From positions 149,577 to 213,576 of the forward strand of contig CAWDLI010000016.1 in assembly GCA_963803245.1 (NCBI GenBank): a DNA stretch of 64,000 nucleotides, read 5' to 3'. Source of the DNA: an uncultured Thermoleophilaceae bacterium. Its GTDB lineage: Bacteria; Actinomycetota; Thermoleophilia; Solirubrobacterales; Thermoleophilaceae. This document shows, piece after piece, positions 35,148 to 45,104 of the stretch. A program made the position numbers and the translations under genes. Numbering within the stretch: position 1 is the stretch's first letter; the number at the start of each line of letters is the position of its first letter. The notes under the pieces were generated by a model. The model saw only the letters and a list, made by a program, of their open reading frames with translations. It was not told the DNA's origin and did not search any database.

Positions 35148-36580
35148 GTGGTCGGCGACCGGCTCAGCGCTCTAGACGCATCGTTCCTGCACATCGAGAA
35201 CTCCTCTGCCCACATGCATGTGGCTTCGGTGATGCTGTTCGAGGGGCCCCCTCCCCCCTACGACGAGCTGCTCGACGCGATCGAGCGGCGCCTCGGGCTC
35301 GTGCCGCGCTACCGCCAGCGCCTGGCCTACGTGCCGCTGGGGCAGGGCCGCCCGCGCTGGGTCGACGACCCCCACCTGAACCTCCGGTACCACGTCCGGG
35401 TGACCGCGCTCCCGTCGCCGGGGTCCGAGGAGCAGCTCATGGACCTCGCCGGGAGGGTGTTCTCCCAGCAGCTGGATCGAGACAAGCCGCTCTGGGAGAT
35501 CTGGCTCGTGGAGGGCCTCGAGGACGACCGCTTCGCCCTGCTCGCGAAGACGCATCACGCGCTCGTGGACGGCGTCTCCGGCATCGACATCGTCTCCGTG
35601 CTCTTCGACACCTCGCCCGAGCCCGCGACGCCGCCGGATACCGGCGAGCGCTGGCTGCCGCGTCCGCTCCCCAGCAGCGCGCAGATGCTCGGTGAGGCGC
35701 TGCTCGAGCGCGCCACCGTTCCCGGCGAGCTCGTGCGCACCATGCGCGCGGTCTTCAGGGGCCCGCGCCGGGTGCTGGACGGCGTGAAGAACGCCGCCGT
35801 GGGCGTGGGTGCGATGGCCTGGGCGGGGCTCAATCCGGCCCCCCGTCCCCGTACAACGCTCCGATCGGCCCCCATCGCCGCTTCACCTGGGTGCGCGCCG
35901 AGCTGCGCGACATCAAGGCGATCAAGGACTCGCTCGGCGGCACCGTCAACGACGTCGTGCTCGCCACGGTCGCGGGCGCCCTCGGACGGCACCTACGCCG
36001 CCGCGGCCACCAGACCGACGGGCTCGAGCTGAAGGCGATGATCCCGATCAGCGTGCGCTCCGACGTCGAGCGCGGCGCGCTGGGGAACCGCGTGGCCGCG
36101 ATGATGGCGCCGCTGCCCGTCTGGTGCCAGGAGCCGGTCGCTCGCCTCGACATCGTCCGCCAGGAGCTGAGCGGCCTCAAGCAGGGCGGCCAGGCCGTCG
36201 GCGCACAGGTGCTCACCGACCTCACCGGGTTCGCCCCGCCGACGATCATGGATCAGGCCGCCAGGCTGATGTCGCGCCAGCGCTTCTTCAACCTGGTCGT
36301 GACGAACGTGCCCGGACCCCAGTTCCCGCTGTACCTGGCGGGCCGGCGCATGCTCGATCCGTTCCCGATGGTGCCGCTCGCCGCCGGCCAGGGCCTGGGC
36401 GTGGCGCTGCTGTCCTACGACGGCAAGATCAACTTCGGCCTGGTGGGCGACTACGACATGCTCTGGGACCTCGATGAGCTCGCGGCCGACGTGCAGGCCT
36501 CGCTCGCCGAGCTGGCCGACACGGCGGGCGTGAAGCTGAGGACCGTCGACGACAGGTTCTCCGGCATCGTGGAGGCATGA
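35148..36580 (+). pseudogene. Wax-ester synthase/diacylglycerol acyltransferase (WS/DGAT), reading frame broken at a C6 run
   Basis: The HHALVDGVSG active site is in frame 1. After GLNPAP (C-run 35839..35844) the homology continues in another frame (SPYNAPIGPHRRFTWVRAELRDIK...NVPGP). One extra C would restore a single ORF. Confidence 0.75.
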
Positions 36581-37038
36581 GAGACCGGGTCGCAGCCAGC
36601 GCGCGATCGCTGGGACTCGAGCTACGTGTACAGCGCCTCGAAGCCTCCACCCGCACGGTGAGTGACGCGGCCGTGGCCGTGGGCTGCCAGGAGGCGGAGA
36701 TCGCCAAGTCGATCGTGTTCGTGGCCGACGGCGATCCCGTGGTCTGCGTGGCGTCGGGCCGCCATCGCATCGACGTGGACAAGCTGGCGGACGCGCTGGA
36801 CGTGGCCGAGGTGCGCCAGGCCGGGGCCGACGAGGTGCGCGCGGCCACCGGCTTCGCGATCGGCGGCGTTCCGCCCTTCGGGCACGACCTGCCGGTGATC
36901 CTCGACGAGGAGCTGCTGGCGCACGACCGCGTGTGGGCGGCGGCGGGCGACCCGCACAGCCTGTTCTGCGTCGATCCGCGCGAGCTCGCGCGCTGTACGC
37001 AGGCGCGGGTCGCCGAAGTCGGCAGCGACGAGGACTAG
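36577..37038 (+). CDS. YbaK/ProX-type aminoacyl-tRNA deacylase domain protein
   Basis: AKSIVFV, the HR.D..KL pattern and the FAIGGVPPFGH motif. Confidence 0.8.
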   Translation: MRDRVAASARSLGLELRVQRLEASTRTVSDAAVAVGCQEAEIAKSIVFVADGDPVVCVASGRHRIDVDKLADALDVAEVRQAGADEVRAATGFAIGGVPPFGHDLPVILDEELLAHDRVWAAAGDPHSLFCVDPRELARCTQARVAEVGSDED

Positions 37039-38717
37039 AGCGGCGGCAGGCGCTCGGCGAGCCGCGCCCCGAGCGCGACCAGGCCGAGCAGGAGCACCGA
37101 CCCGAACAGCACCCACCCGGGCCAGAAGTACCCCTCCCCGGCCGCGAGCCAGACGCCGACGACGGTCAGGTTCACCAGGCCGAGCGCGCCCGCAAAGAGC
37201 GTGAGGTTGCGGTGCCCGGCCGGCTGTCCGGCCCTCTGCGTCGGATTGCCCGCCACGAGCCAGGCATCGAGCGCCGCCACCAGGCCGAGACCCAGCAGCG
37301 GCCACACGATCCAGTTCGACGGTGTGCCCGTGAGCCACCAGATCAGCACGAGCAGGGCGGCCACGGCCCCGAGCGGCGCCAGTCGCAGCCTGAGGTGGCG
37401 CCTGCGCCGCGCGTCACGCTCGGCGGCCGCCGCCTCGGGCAGGCCGCGTGGACCCGCGTCCGGGGCCGTACCGGGCGCCGTGAGCGGAATGCGGGCCAGC
37501 ACCCGGGTTCCGTCGCCATCGGCGCTCTCGATCGCCAGCGTCCCCTCCAGGGCCTCCACCCGGTCCTCGAGGCCCTGGAGCCCGGTGCCGGACCCAGCCT
37601 GCACGCCGCCGACCCCGTCGTCGCGCACCTCCACGGCCAGCCAGCCGTCCGCGACCGTGGCCCCCACCCAGGCGCCCGTGGCGCCGGCGTGCTTGGCCAC
37701 GTTGGCGAGGCTCTCGGAGACGATGAAGTAGGCGGCCGCCTCCACCTCGTCGGGCAGCCGCTCCTCCGGACGGGCCACGATCGTGGCCGGCACGCTCGAC
37801 CTGGCCGCCAGGTCCTCGAGTGCCGCGCCGAGGCCGCGGTTCGTGAGGATCGCCGGGTGGATGCCGCGGGCCAGGTCGCGCAGCTCCTCGAGCGCCAGCC
37901 GGGCCTCCTCGCCGGCCTTGCGGACCAGGTCGCCCGTGTCGTCCGAGCGCTGCTCGGCCATCCGGAGCGTCAGCGCCAGGGACACGAGCCGCTGCTGGGC
38001 TCCGTCGTGGAGGTCGCGCTCGAGCCGGCGGCGCTCCGCGTCGGCGGCGGCGATCACGCGGGCACGGGAGCCGCGCAGCTCGCTCACCTGCGCCGTCAGC
38101 TCCGGATCGGTGCTGGAGCCGAGCAGCAGCTCCGCGAAGCGGGCGTAGAGCCGGCCCAGGCCGTTCAGGGCCGGCAGGCCCACCAGCAGCAGGGCGGCGC
38201 CGAGCGGCATCAGTGCGACGGCCGCGAGGAGCGAGTCCACCTGCCAGATGCCGAGCTCGATGCCGTCCGGCACCGCCCAGTACCAGGCGGGGGCCACCAG
38301 GGCGCCCAGCCCGGCGGCGAGGATCACCGTGGTGAGGATGAAGCTCACCACCCCGAGCGGGAACTGGAGCAGGAGGTAGAGCAGGTCGCGCCAGGTGGCG
38401 GGGTCCGACAGGAACGCCTTGAGCCGCTCCCAGTGCCCCTCGCGCGGCAACGGGCGGTAGGGCGAGGCGATCTCGACCCCGAGCAGCGCGTCGACTAGCC
38501 GCCGCTCACCCATGGCGAGCCAGCGCGACGCGACGATCACGCCGATGAGGATCGGGATGCCCACCGTGACCACGGCGAGCCCCACGCCGACCGCGATGCC
38601 GGTCACGAGGAAGGCGAACTCGAGCTGGCCGAGCGGGAGCGCCAGCAGCAGATAGGCGATGCGCGTGTAGGTGCGCGCGTCGACGATCTGGGCCGCTAGA
38701 CGAGCCATCCGCGGCAT
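37035..38717 (-). CDS. Membrane sensor histidine kinase (HisKA_3/NarL-type), no cognate regulator in window
   Basis: ERRRLERDLHDGAQQRL H-box and an HATPase domain. N-terminal multi-TM sensor region and an extra C-terminal TM region. The start (38717 or 38708) is uncertain. Confidence 0.8.
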   Translation of the reverse strand: MPRMARLAAQIVDARTYTRIAYLLLALPLGQLEFAFLVTGIAVGVGLAVVTVGIPILIGVIVASRWLAMGERRLVDALLGVEIASPYRPLPREGHWERLKAFLSDPATWRDLLYLLLQFPLGVVSFILTTVILAAGLGALVAPAWYWAVPDGIELGIWQVDSLLAAVALMPLGAALLLVGLPALNGLGRLYARFAELLLGSSTDPELTAQVSELRGSRARVIAAADAERRRLERDLHDGAQQRLVSLALTLRMAEQRSDDTGDLVRKAGEEARLALEELRDLARGIHPAILTNRGLGAALEDLAARSSVPATIVARPEERLPDEVEAAAYFIVSESLANVAKHAGATGAWVGATVADGWLAVEVRDDGVGGVQAGSGTGLQGLEDRVEALEGTLAIESADGDGTRVLARIPLTAPGTAPDAGPRGLPEAAAAERDARRRRHLRLRLAPLGAVAALLVLIWWLTGTPSNWIVWPLLGLGLVAALDAWLVAGNPTQRAGQPAGHRNLTLFAGALGLVNLTVVGVWLAAGEGYFWPGWVLFGSVLLLGLVALGARLAERLPPL

Positions 38718-38829
38718 CAGGCTATGGACAGCGCCCGCGCGTGGCCAGGGGGCGACCCGGTGGGCCCGTGGTGTGGGTACCCGCACCCGGCGCGGCTCTG
38801 CGACGGGGCCGCGTGCGACCATTCCCGCC

Positions 38830-40275
38830 ATGCGCCCGGCGGCGTCGCACGTACGCGGGGTGGTCGCGGCGCTGGCCGCGGCCGCGCTCATCTCGGTCGC
38901 CGCCGACAACCTCGGCGTGCCGCGCCCCCAGCCGGTCGTGGTTGCCACAGCGCTTTCGGCCGAGAGCTCCGAGGCGTTCCCGGCCCGTGCCCGGGTGCGC
39001 GCCGCCCGCCGCTTCGTGGCCAGGCGCGCCGGCGTCCGCTCGTTCGCCCTGATCGACTCGAGTGGACGGGTGTACGGCTACGCCCCGCGCAGGACCTACG
39101 TGTCGGCGAGCGTGACCAAGGCGATGCTGCTGGTGGCCTACCTGCGCCACATCGGACGGCGCCCGCCGACCGCGGAGGAGAAGGGGCTCCTCGGCCCGAT
39201 GATCACCGTCTCCGACAACGACAGGGCCGACGGCGTGTACGCCCGCGTGGGTGACGCAGGCCTCCTGCGGGTCGCGCGGCGGGCGCACATGCGCCACTTC
39301 GCCGCCGCCGGCTACTGGGCATCCGCCCGCATCACCGCGCTGGACCAGGCGCGCTTCTTCCTGCGCGTGGACCAGATGGTGCCGAAGCGCAACCGGGCCT
39401 ACGCCCGGAGGCTGCTCGCCTCGATCGTGTCGTACGAGCGCTGGGGCTTCTCCCGCTACGCCGCGCGCGCCGGCTACCGGGCGTTCTTCAAGGGCGGCTG
39501 GCGCAGCACGGCCTCCGGCCGGCTCGTGCACGAGGTGGCGCTCTTCCAGCACGGCCGCACCAGGTTCGCGATGGCGGTGCTCAGCGACGGCAATCCGACT
39601 CACGATTACGGCACGGAGACCCTGCGCGGCGTGGCCGCCCGCATCTTCGACAGAGGCCCGAAGCCGAGCGCCCACCCGGCCGCGACCCGTACGGCGCTGC
39701 GCCGCGCCGGCCTGGAGGACGTGCTCGAGCGCGCCCCGGGCATTCGCGTGGACCTGGCCTACGGGACGGCCGGCAACCTCACCGGCCGGCCGCTGCCCGG
39801 CTACTGCCGCCGGTGGGCCTACCTGATGGAACCCGCCGCTCGTGACCTGGCGCGGGTCCAGCGCGGGCTCCGGCGCCACGGCCACGGCCTCCTCGTGCGC
39901 GACGCCTACCGCCCCGCGCGCGCCTCGCGCGCGCTCGTCCGCTGGGCGCGCCGCAGCGGTCGCCCGGAGCTCGTGGGCACCTACATCGCGCGCCGGAGCA
40001 GGCACAACCTGGGCAGCGCGGTGGACCTGACGCTCGTCCGGCTGCGCGACGGGCGGAGGCTGCGGATGGGCACGGGCTACGACAACCTGGGGCCACGTGC
40101 GCACACGCTCGCGGCCCGCGGCCGTCCCCTGCGCAACCGCCTGGCACTGAAGGCGGCGATGGAGCGCCACGGCTTCACCAGCTACTGGCGCGAGTGGTGG
40201 CACTTCGAGCACCGCCTGCAAGGCGCCGCTCACCTCGACCTCACCCTCGGGTGTCCGCGGCCCGACCCGCGATAA
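38830..40275 (+). CDS. Fusion protein: class-A beta-lactamase-fold domain + VanX/DdpX-type D-Ala-D-Ala dipeptidase domain
   Basis: N-terminal hydrophobic segment. Then SVTK (SxxK), SDN and KGG motifs. After a linker come SRHNLGSAVDLT and EWWHFE, the M15D zinc-dipeptidase signatures. Confidence 0.75.
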   Translation: MRPAASHVRGVVAALAAAALISVAADNLGVPRPQPVVVATALSAESSEAFPARARVRAARRFVARRAGVRSFALIDSSGRVYGYAPRRTYVSASVTKAMLLVAYLRHIGRRPPTAEEKGLLGPMITVSDNDRADGVYARVGDAGLLRVARRAHMRHFAAAGYWASARITALDQARFFLRVDQMVPKRNRAYARRLLASIVSYERWGFSRYAARAGYRAFFKGGWRSTASGRLVHEVALFQHGRTRFAMAVLSDGNPTHDYGTETLRGVAARIFDRGPKPSAHPAATRTALRRAGLEDVLERAPGIRVDLAYGTAGNLTGRPLPGYCRRWAYLMEPAARDLARVQRGLRRHGHGLLVRDAYRPARASRALVRWARRSGRPELVGTYIARRSRHNLGSAVDLTLVRLRDGRRLRMGTGYDNLGPRAHTLAARGRPLRNRLALKAAMERHGFTSYWREWWHFEHRLQGAAHLDLTLGCPRPDPR

Positions 40276-40282
40276 TCGAACC

Positions 40283-42091
40283 ATGAGCGAACTGCTCCGA
40301 GTGGCGCTCGCCCAGATCGATCCCAAGGTGGGTGACATCCGCGGCAACGCGCGAAAGATCGCCGAGTACACGGCCAATGCCCGCGATCGCGGGGCTGCGC
40401 TCGTCGTGTTCCCGGAGCTGTCGCTCACCGGCTACCCCCCGGAGGACCTGCTCCTGAAGACCGGCTTTCTCGACGCGGCGGCGGGCGCGCTCGACGAGCT
40501 GGCCTCGCAGACGAACGGGATCGTGGCGGTGGTGGGCTTCCCGCAGCGGGCGGACGACGTGTACAACGCCGCCGCCGTGCTGGCGGACGGGCGGGTGGCC
40601 GCCGTCTACCGCAAGATGTACCTGCCGAACTACGGCGTCTTCGACGAGCAGCGCTACTTCCAGTCGGGCACCGAGGCGATGATGTTCGAGCTGAACGGCG
40701 TGCCGATCGGCGTGTCGATCTGCGAGGACATCTGGGAGCCCGGCCCGCCGGCGATGACGGAGGCGCTGGCGGGGGCGCAGGTGCTGATCAACCTCTCGGC
40801 CTCCCCCTACCGCCGCGGCTACGGGGCCCGGCGCGAGCGGATGCTCGTTCAGCGCGCCGTGGACTACCAGGCGGCCGTGGTGTTCGTGAACACCGTCGGT
40901 GGCCAGGACGAGCTCGTGTTCGACGGGCACAGCGTGGCCGTGAGCCCCGAGGGCACGGTGCTCGCGCGCGGGGCGCAGTTCGAGGAGTCGCTGGCCGTGT
41001 GCAGCATCGATCCCCGCGAGGTCGTGGCGGCGCGCCTGCGCGACACCCGGCATCGCGCCAACGTCCGCCACCAGCGCCGCGCCGAGGGGCGGGCCGCGCT
41101 CGAGATCACGGTGAACCACGGCCCCAACATCACGGTGGGCCGCCCCGGCGCCGGCCCCGCGCCCGAGCGCGTGGGCGGCGAGCTGGCCGAGCCGCTGGGC
41201 TCGGAGGAGGAGGAGGTGTACGCCGCGCTGCGAACCGGGCTGCGCGACTACGTCGAGAAGAACGGCTTCGAGAAGGTGGTGCTGGCGCTGTCCGGCGGGA
41301 TCGACTCGGCGCTGGTCGCGCTCATCGCCGTGGACGCCGTCGGCGCCGGGCGCGTGACCTGCGTCTCCATGCCCTCCCCCTACTCAAGCGAGGGCACCCG
41401 CGCCGACGCCCGCGCGATCGCCGAGAACCTCGGCACGGCCTTCCTCGAGCTGCCGATCGAGGAGGCAATGGAGAGCTACTCCCACCTGCTCGAGGGTCCC
41501 TTCGAGGGCACCGACACCGGGCTCACCGAGGAGAACCTCCAGGCGCGCATCCGCGGCAACGTGGTCATGGCGCTCTCCAACAAGTTCGGGTGGCTCGTGC
41601 TCACCACGGGGAACAAGTCCGAGCTCTCGGTGGGCTACGCGACGCTCTACGGCGACATGGCCGGCGGGCTCGCCGTGATCAAGGACGTCTACAAGGGCCT
41701 CGTGTACCGGCTGGTGCGCTGGCGCAACGAGACCGCGGAGCGCGAGCTGGTGCCGGCGTCGGTGCTCGACCGCCCGCCGTCCGCCGAGCTCCGGCACGAG
41801 CAGCTCGACGAGGACTCGCTTCCCTCCTACGACGTGCTGGACGCGATCCTCGAGGGCTACGTGGAGGAGGACCTCGACGCCTCGGAGCTCGTGGCGAGGG
41901 GCCTGCCGGTCGAGGACGTGGAGCGGGTGATCGCGATGGTCGACCGGGCCGAGTACAAGCGCCGCCAGGCGCCTCCGGGGATCAAGATCTCCACACGCGC
42001 GTTCGGCCGTGACCGGCGCCTGCCGATCACCAACGGTTACGTGAGCACGGCCGTGCCGGTGCCCGAGCGCCACCTGCGCGCGCTGAAGTAG
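40283..42091 (+). CDS. nadE: Glutamine-dependent NAD+ synthetase
   Basis: Nitrilase-type domain (FPELSLTGY, YRKMYLPNYG, SICEDIW) plus a synthetase domain (LSGGIDSALVA). Confidence 0.9.
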   Translation: MSELLRVALAQIDPKVGDIRGNARKIAEYTANARDRGAALVVFPELSLTGYPPEDLLLKTGFLDAAAGALDELASQTNGIVAVVGFPQRADDVYNAAAVLADGRVAAVYRKMYLPNYGVFDEQRYFQSGTEAMMFELNGVPIGVSICEDIWEPGPPAMTEALAGAQVLINLSASPYRRGYGARRERMLVQRAVDYQAAVVFVNTVGGQDELVFDGHSVAVSPEGTVLARGAQFEESLAVCSIDPREVVAARLRDTRHRANVRHQRRAEGRAALEITVNHGPNITVGRPGAGPAPERVGGELAEPLGSEEEEVYAALRTGLRDYVEKNGFEKVVLALSGGIDSALVALIAVDAVGAGRVTCVSMPSPYSSEGTRADARAIAENLGTAFLELPIEEAMESYSHLLEGPFEGTDTGLTEENLQARIRGNVVMALSNKFGWLVLTTGNKSELSVGYATLYGDMAGGLAVIKDVYKGLVYRLVRWRNETAERELVPASVLDRPPSAELRHEQLDEDSLPSYDVLDAILEGYVEEDLDASELVARGLPVEDVERVIAMVDRAEYKRRQAPPGIKISTRAFGRDRRLPITNGYVSTAVPVPERHLRALK

Positions 42092-42105
42092 CCGTCGCTA
42101 CGGGC

Positions 42106-42516
42106 TCAGGGCTGCGCGCGCACGGCCATCGTCACGCGGGCGATCGCGCACAGCTTGCCGTCGTCGTCGGTGAAGTCGACCTCCCAGACCCAGGTGGTCC
42201 GGCCGCGATGGCGGGCGCGGGCCTCCGCGTGCACGGTTCCGCTGCTGACCGGACGCAGGAAGGTGGTGTGGTTCGACTGCCCTACGGCAAAGCTGCCCTC
42301 CTGCGAGACCGCGAGGTGGGTGGCGCCCGAAACGAGGGTCTCCGCCAGCGCGGCGTAGGTGCCGCCGTGCACGAGCCCGAAGGGCTGGCACACCCGGTCT
42401 TCCACGGGCACACGCGCCCGGGCCAGCTCGGGGCCCATCTCGACCAGCTCGAAGCCGAGCACCTGGTCGAGCGTGCCGCTGGTGATGAGCCGGTTCTCAA
42501 GCTCCTGGTCGCTCAC
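42106..42516 (-). CDS. PaaI-family hotdog thioesterase
   Basis: GFELVEMGPELARARVPV....QPFGLVHGGTYAALAE motif. I prefer GTG 42516 so it does not overlap the divergent gene. Confidence 0.75.
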   Translation of the reverse strand: MSDQELENRLITSGTLDQVLGFELVEMGPELARARVPVEDRVCQPFGLVHGGTYAALAETLVSGATHLAVSQEGSFAVGQSNHTTFLRPVSSGTVHAEARARHRGRTTWVWEVDFTDDDGKLCAIARVTMAVRAQP

Positions 42517-42541
42517 CCGGTGCAGCCTATAGTTCGCCCCC

Positions 42542-43483
42542 GTGGCGACCTTCGACCAGCTCACCGAGGAGCAGCGCGCGGTAGTCGAGCTCGTGCTCCG
42601 GCGGGGCAAGCGGTACGACGAGCTGGCCGGGATGCTCGACATGCCGGAGACGCGTGTGCGCGAGCTGGCGCGCGACGCCCTGCTCGATCTCGCGCCGCTG
42701 AGCGCGCGCGGCGTGGAGGAGGATTGGCGCGGGCAGCTCGCCGACTACGTGCTCGGTCAGCAGAGCGGCCCCGAGGCCACGGCCACGCGCGGTCACCTGC
42801 GGCGCTCCGAGGCGGCCCGCACCTGGGCCAGCTCGCTGCTGGACTCGCTGGAGCAGCTCTACGAGAACGGCTCGATGCCGGCGATACCGGAGGGCGAGCG
42901 CGGTGGCCGCGCACGACGCTCCGAGGAGGCAGCGGGCGGTGCACGTCTGGGCGGTGCCGACGTGACCAAGCGGCGGCGCATCCTCGCGCTCGGCGGCACA
43001 TTGGCCGCCCTGCTGCTCGTGGCGGTGCTCGTTTGGCCGATCGGGGTCCTGACAGGCGATGACGACGACGGCGGCGGCTCGGACACCGCGGCCGCGGCAG
43101 GGGCGGGCTCAGGCAACCCCGCCGGTGCGGCGGTGATCCTCGGCCAGGGCACGGAGCGCGCCGTGCAGGTGCAGGCCACCGGGCTCGAGCCGAGCACCCA
43201 GAAGTTCGCCTACCAGTTCTGGCTCTACGACAACAAGAACAAGGCACGCTCGCTCGGAGCCCAGGTCACCGACCAGAACGGAACCCTCCAGGCGATCGGC
43301 AATCTGCCCAAGGGGTTCGAGAAGTACCGCTACTTCGACCTCTCGCGCGAGCCGATCGGCGGCCCCGCGGCGCATTCCGGCACGTCCATCCTGCGCGGCA
43401 GGATGCCGCGGCTCGCGAGCGTCGAGGGGAACAAGAAGATCACCCGGATGGGCCAGGTCGTGCTGGCCCCGCCGGCGGGCTAG
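42542..43483 (+). CDS. Membrane protein with sigma70-region-4-like HTH and RskA-like anti-sigma extracytoplasmic domain
   Basis: LTEEQRAVVELVLRRGKRYDELAGMLDMPETRVRELARDAL (HTH), one TM helix (ILALGGTLAALLLVAVLVW), and a C-terminus resembling anti-sigma-K RskA. Confidence 0.55.
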   Translation: MATFDQLTEEQRAVVELVLRRGKRYDELAGMLDMPETRVRELARDALLDLAPLSARGVEEDWRGQLADYVLGQQSGPEATATRGHLRRSEAARTWASSLLDSLEQLYENGSMPAIPEGERGGRARRSEEAAGGARLGGADVTKRRRILALGGTLAALLLVAVLVWPIGVLTGDDDDGGGSDTAAAAGAGSGNPAGAAVILGQGTERAVQVQATGLEPSTQKFAYQFWLYDNKNKARSLGAQVTDQNGTLQAIGNLPKGFEKYRYFDLSREPIGGPAAHSGTSILRGRMPRLASVEGNKKITRMGQVVLAPPAG

Positions 43484-45102
43484 TCCGGCAGCAGCTTCCC
43501 GGGATTCATCACGCCTACCGGGTCGAGTGCGGCCTTCGCGGCCCGCAGCACTTCGATGCCCAGCGGACCCACCTCGGCCGGCATCCAGGGCGCGTGGTCG
43601 CGCCCGATGGCGTGGTGGTGCGTGATCGTGCCGTCAGTAGCGACGATCGCATCGCAGGCGGCGCCCTTTGCCGCCCGCCATTGAGCCATCGGGTCGTCGG
43701 CCTCCTGGCGGGCGAGGAAGGTGAAGTAGAGCGACGCGCCCGAGCGGTACAGGTGGGACACGTGGCACATCACGAGCGGCGGCGTGCCGCGCTCCGACAG
43801 GGCGCCGCGCAGCGCGTCGCCCACGGCCGCATAGAGGCGATGGAGGTTGCTCCAGGTTGTGGCGGTCTCGAGCGTCTCCACCATCACGCCCCGGTCCATC
43901 AGGTGGTCGCGCAGGTAGGGGCCCGCGAAGCGCCCGTGCTGCCATGCCGCGCCCGGTCGCGAGCCCAGCGCGAGGCCGCCGCCGGCCCGCAGCAGCGCCG
44001 AGGAGCGCACACGGCGGCGCTCCACCTCCTCGGCGTCGCCCTCCCACCCCATGATCGCCAGGCAGCCTCCCTCGTGGCCACGGGCTCGCAGGTACGCGCG
44101 TCCGAGCCGCTCCGTGCGGCTACCGCTCGAGGCGAGGGCGAAGGACATGCGCGTCTCGTGCTCGTCGGAGAGGCGAGCGACGTCGGGTGAGGCGTCGGCC
44201 TGCTCCATCACACGGAGGGCGTCGGCTCCCTCCGCGAAGTTGCGGAAGGACCAGCCCTCGTAGCGGCGCTGCTCCGGTGCGGGCCGCACCCTCAGGGTCG
44301 CCTCGCCGATGACGCCCAGCACGCCCTCCGAGCCCACCGCGAGCTCGCGGAGCGAGGGTCCGGCGGCCGAGGCCGGCACGGCGCGCGTGACGAGCTCGCC
44401 GGCAGGCGAGATCAGCCGCACACCCTCCACCAGGTCGTCGATCCGCCCGTAGCCCGTCGACGCCTGGCCGGCCGATCGCGTGGCCACCCAGCCGCCGACG
44501 GTCGAGAACTCGAAGGACTGCGGGAAATGTCCGAGCGTCAGCCCGTGCTCGCCCAGAAGGGTCTCCGCCGCGGGTCCGAGGAGACCGCCCTCCATCGTGG
44601 CGGTGAGCGACTCGCGGTCCACGTGCACGAGCCTGTCCAGGCCGCGTAGGTCCAGCGACACGACGCCCGCGAACCCCTCGCCGATCGGCTCGACGCCGCC
44701 GACCACGCTCGTTCCGCCGCCGAACGGCACGACCGCCACACGCTCGCGAGCGGCCACGTCGAGCACGGCCTTCACCTGGTCGGCGGACCCGGGCGCGAGC
44801 ACCGCGTCGGGCACGTTCAGCCCCTCACCCGAGCGCAGCCGCACCAGGTCCGGATAGCTCCGCCCGGCCGCGTGCTCCACGCGTGCCTCGCGGTCCTCGC
44901 GGAGGCCGGTGCCGCCCAGGGCGGCCAGCAGGGCCTCGCGGGCCCCGGGCGCAATCGACGGGTCGGCCAGGCGAAGCTCCTCCAGGGCTATGCGCGGGCG
45001 CGTCTCACCGGGCTCGGCGCCGATCTCCTCGCGCAGGAACGCATCCGCGGAGTCGGGGAGCCCGCCCGCGTGCTCGTCCTCGCCCCAGCCCCACCAGCGC
45101 AC
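43480..45102 (-). CDS. FAD-linked oxidase (alkyl-DHAP synthase / GlcD-like)
   Basis: GTG 45102 (VRWWGWGEDEH). FAD-binding PCMH domain (VVPFGGGTSVVGG) and a C-terminal oxidase domain. Confidence 0.8.
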   Translation of the reverse strand: MRWWGWGEDEHAGGLPDSADAFLREEIGAEPGETRPRIALEELRLADPSIAPGAREALLAALGGTGLREDREARVEHAAGRSYPDLVRLRSGEGLNVPDAVLAPGSADQVKAVLDVAARERVAVVPFGGGTSVVGGVEPIGEGFAGVVSLDLRGLDRLVHVDRESLTATMEGGLLGPAAETLLGEHGLTLGHFPQSFEFSTVGGWVATRSAGQASTGYGRIDDLVEGVRLISPAGELVTRAVPASAAGPSLRELAVGSEGVLGVIGEATLRVRPAPEQRRYEGWSFRNFAEGADALRVMEQADASPDVARLSDEHETRMSFALASSGSRTERLGRAYLRARGHEGGCLAIMGWEGDAEEVERRRVRSSALLRAGGGLALGSRPGAAWQHGRFAGPYLRDHLMDRGVMVETLETATTWSNLHRLYAAVGDALRGALSERGTPPLVMCHVSHLYRSGASLYFTFLARQEADDPMAQWRAAKGAACDAIVATDGTITHHHAIGRDHAPWMPAEVGPLGIEVLRAAKAALDPVGVMNPGKLLPD

Positions 45103-45104
45103 GT

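Noticed and set aside
34891-35695. Plus-strand ORFs 34891..35175 and 34985..35695
   Set aside because: They overlap the riboswitch and promoter spacer, or the WS/DGAT gene out of frame. Their composition is low-complexity.
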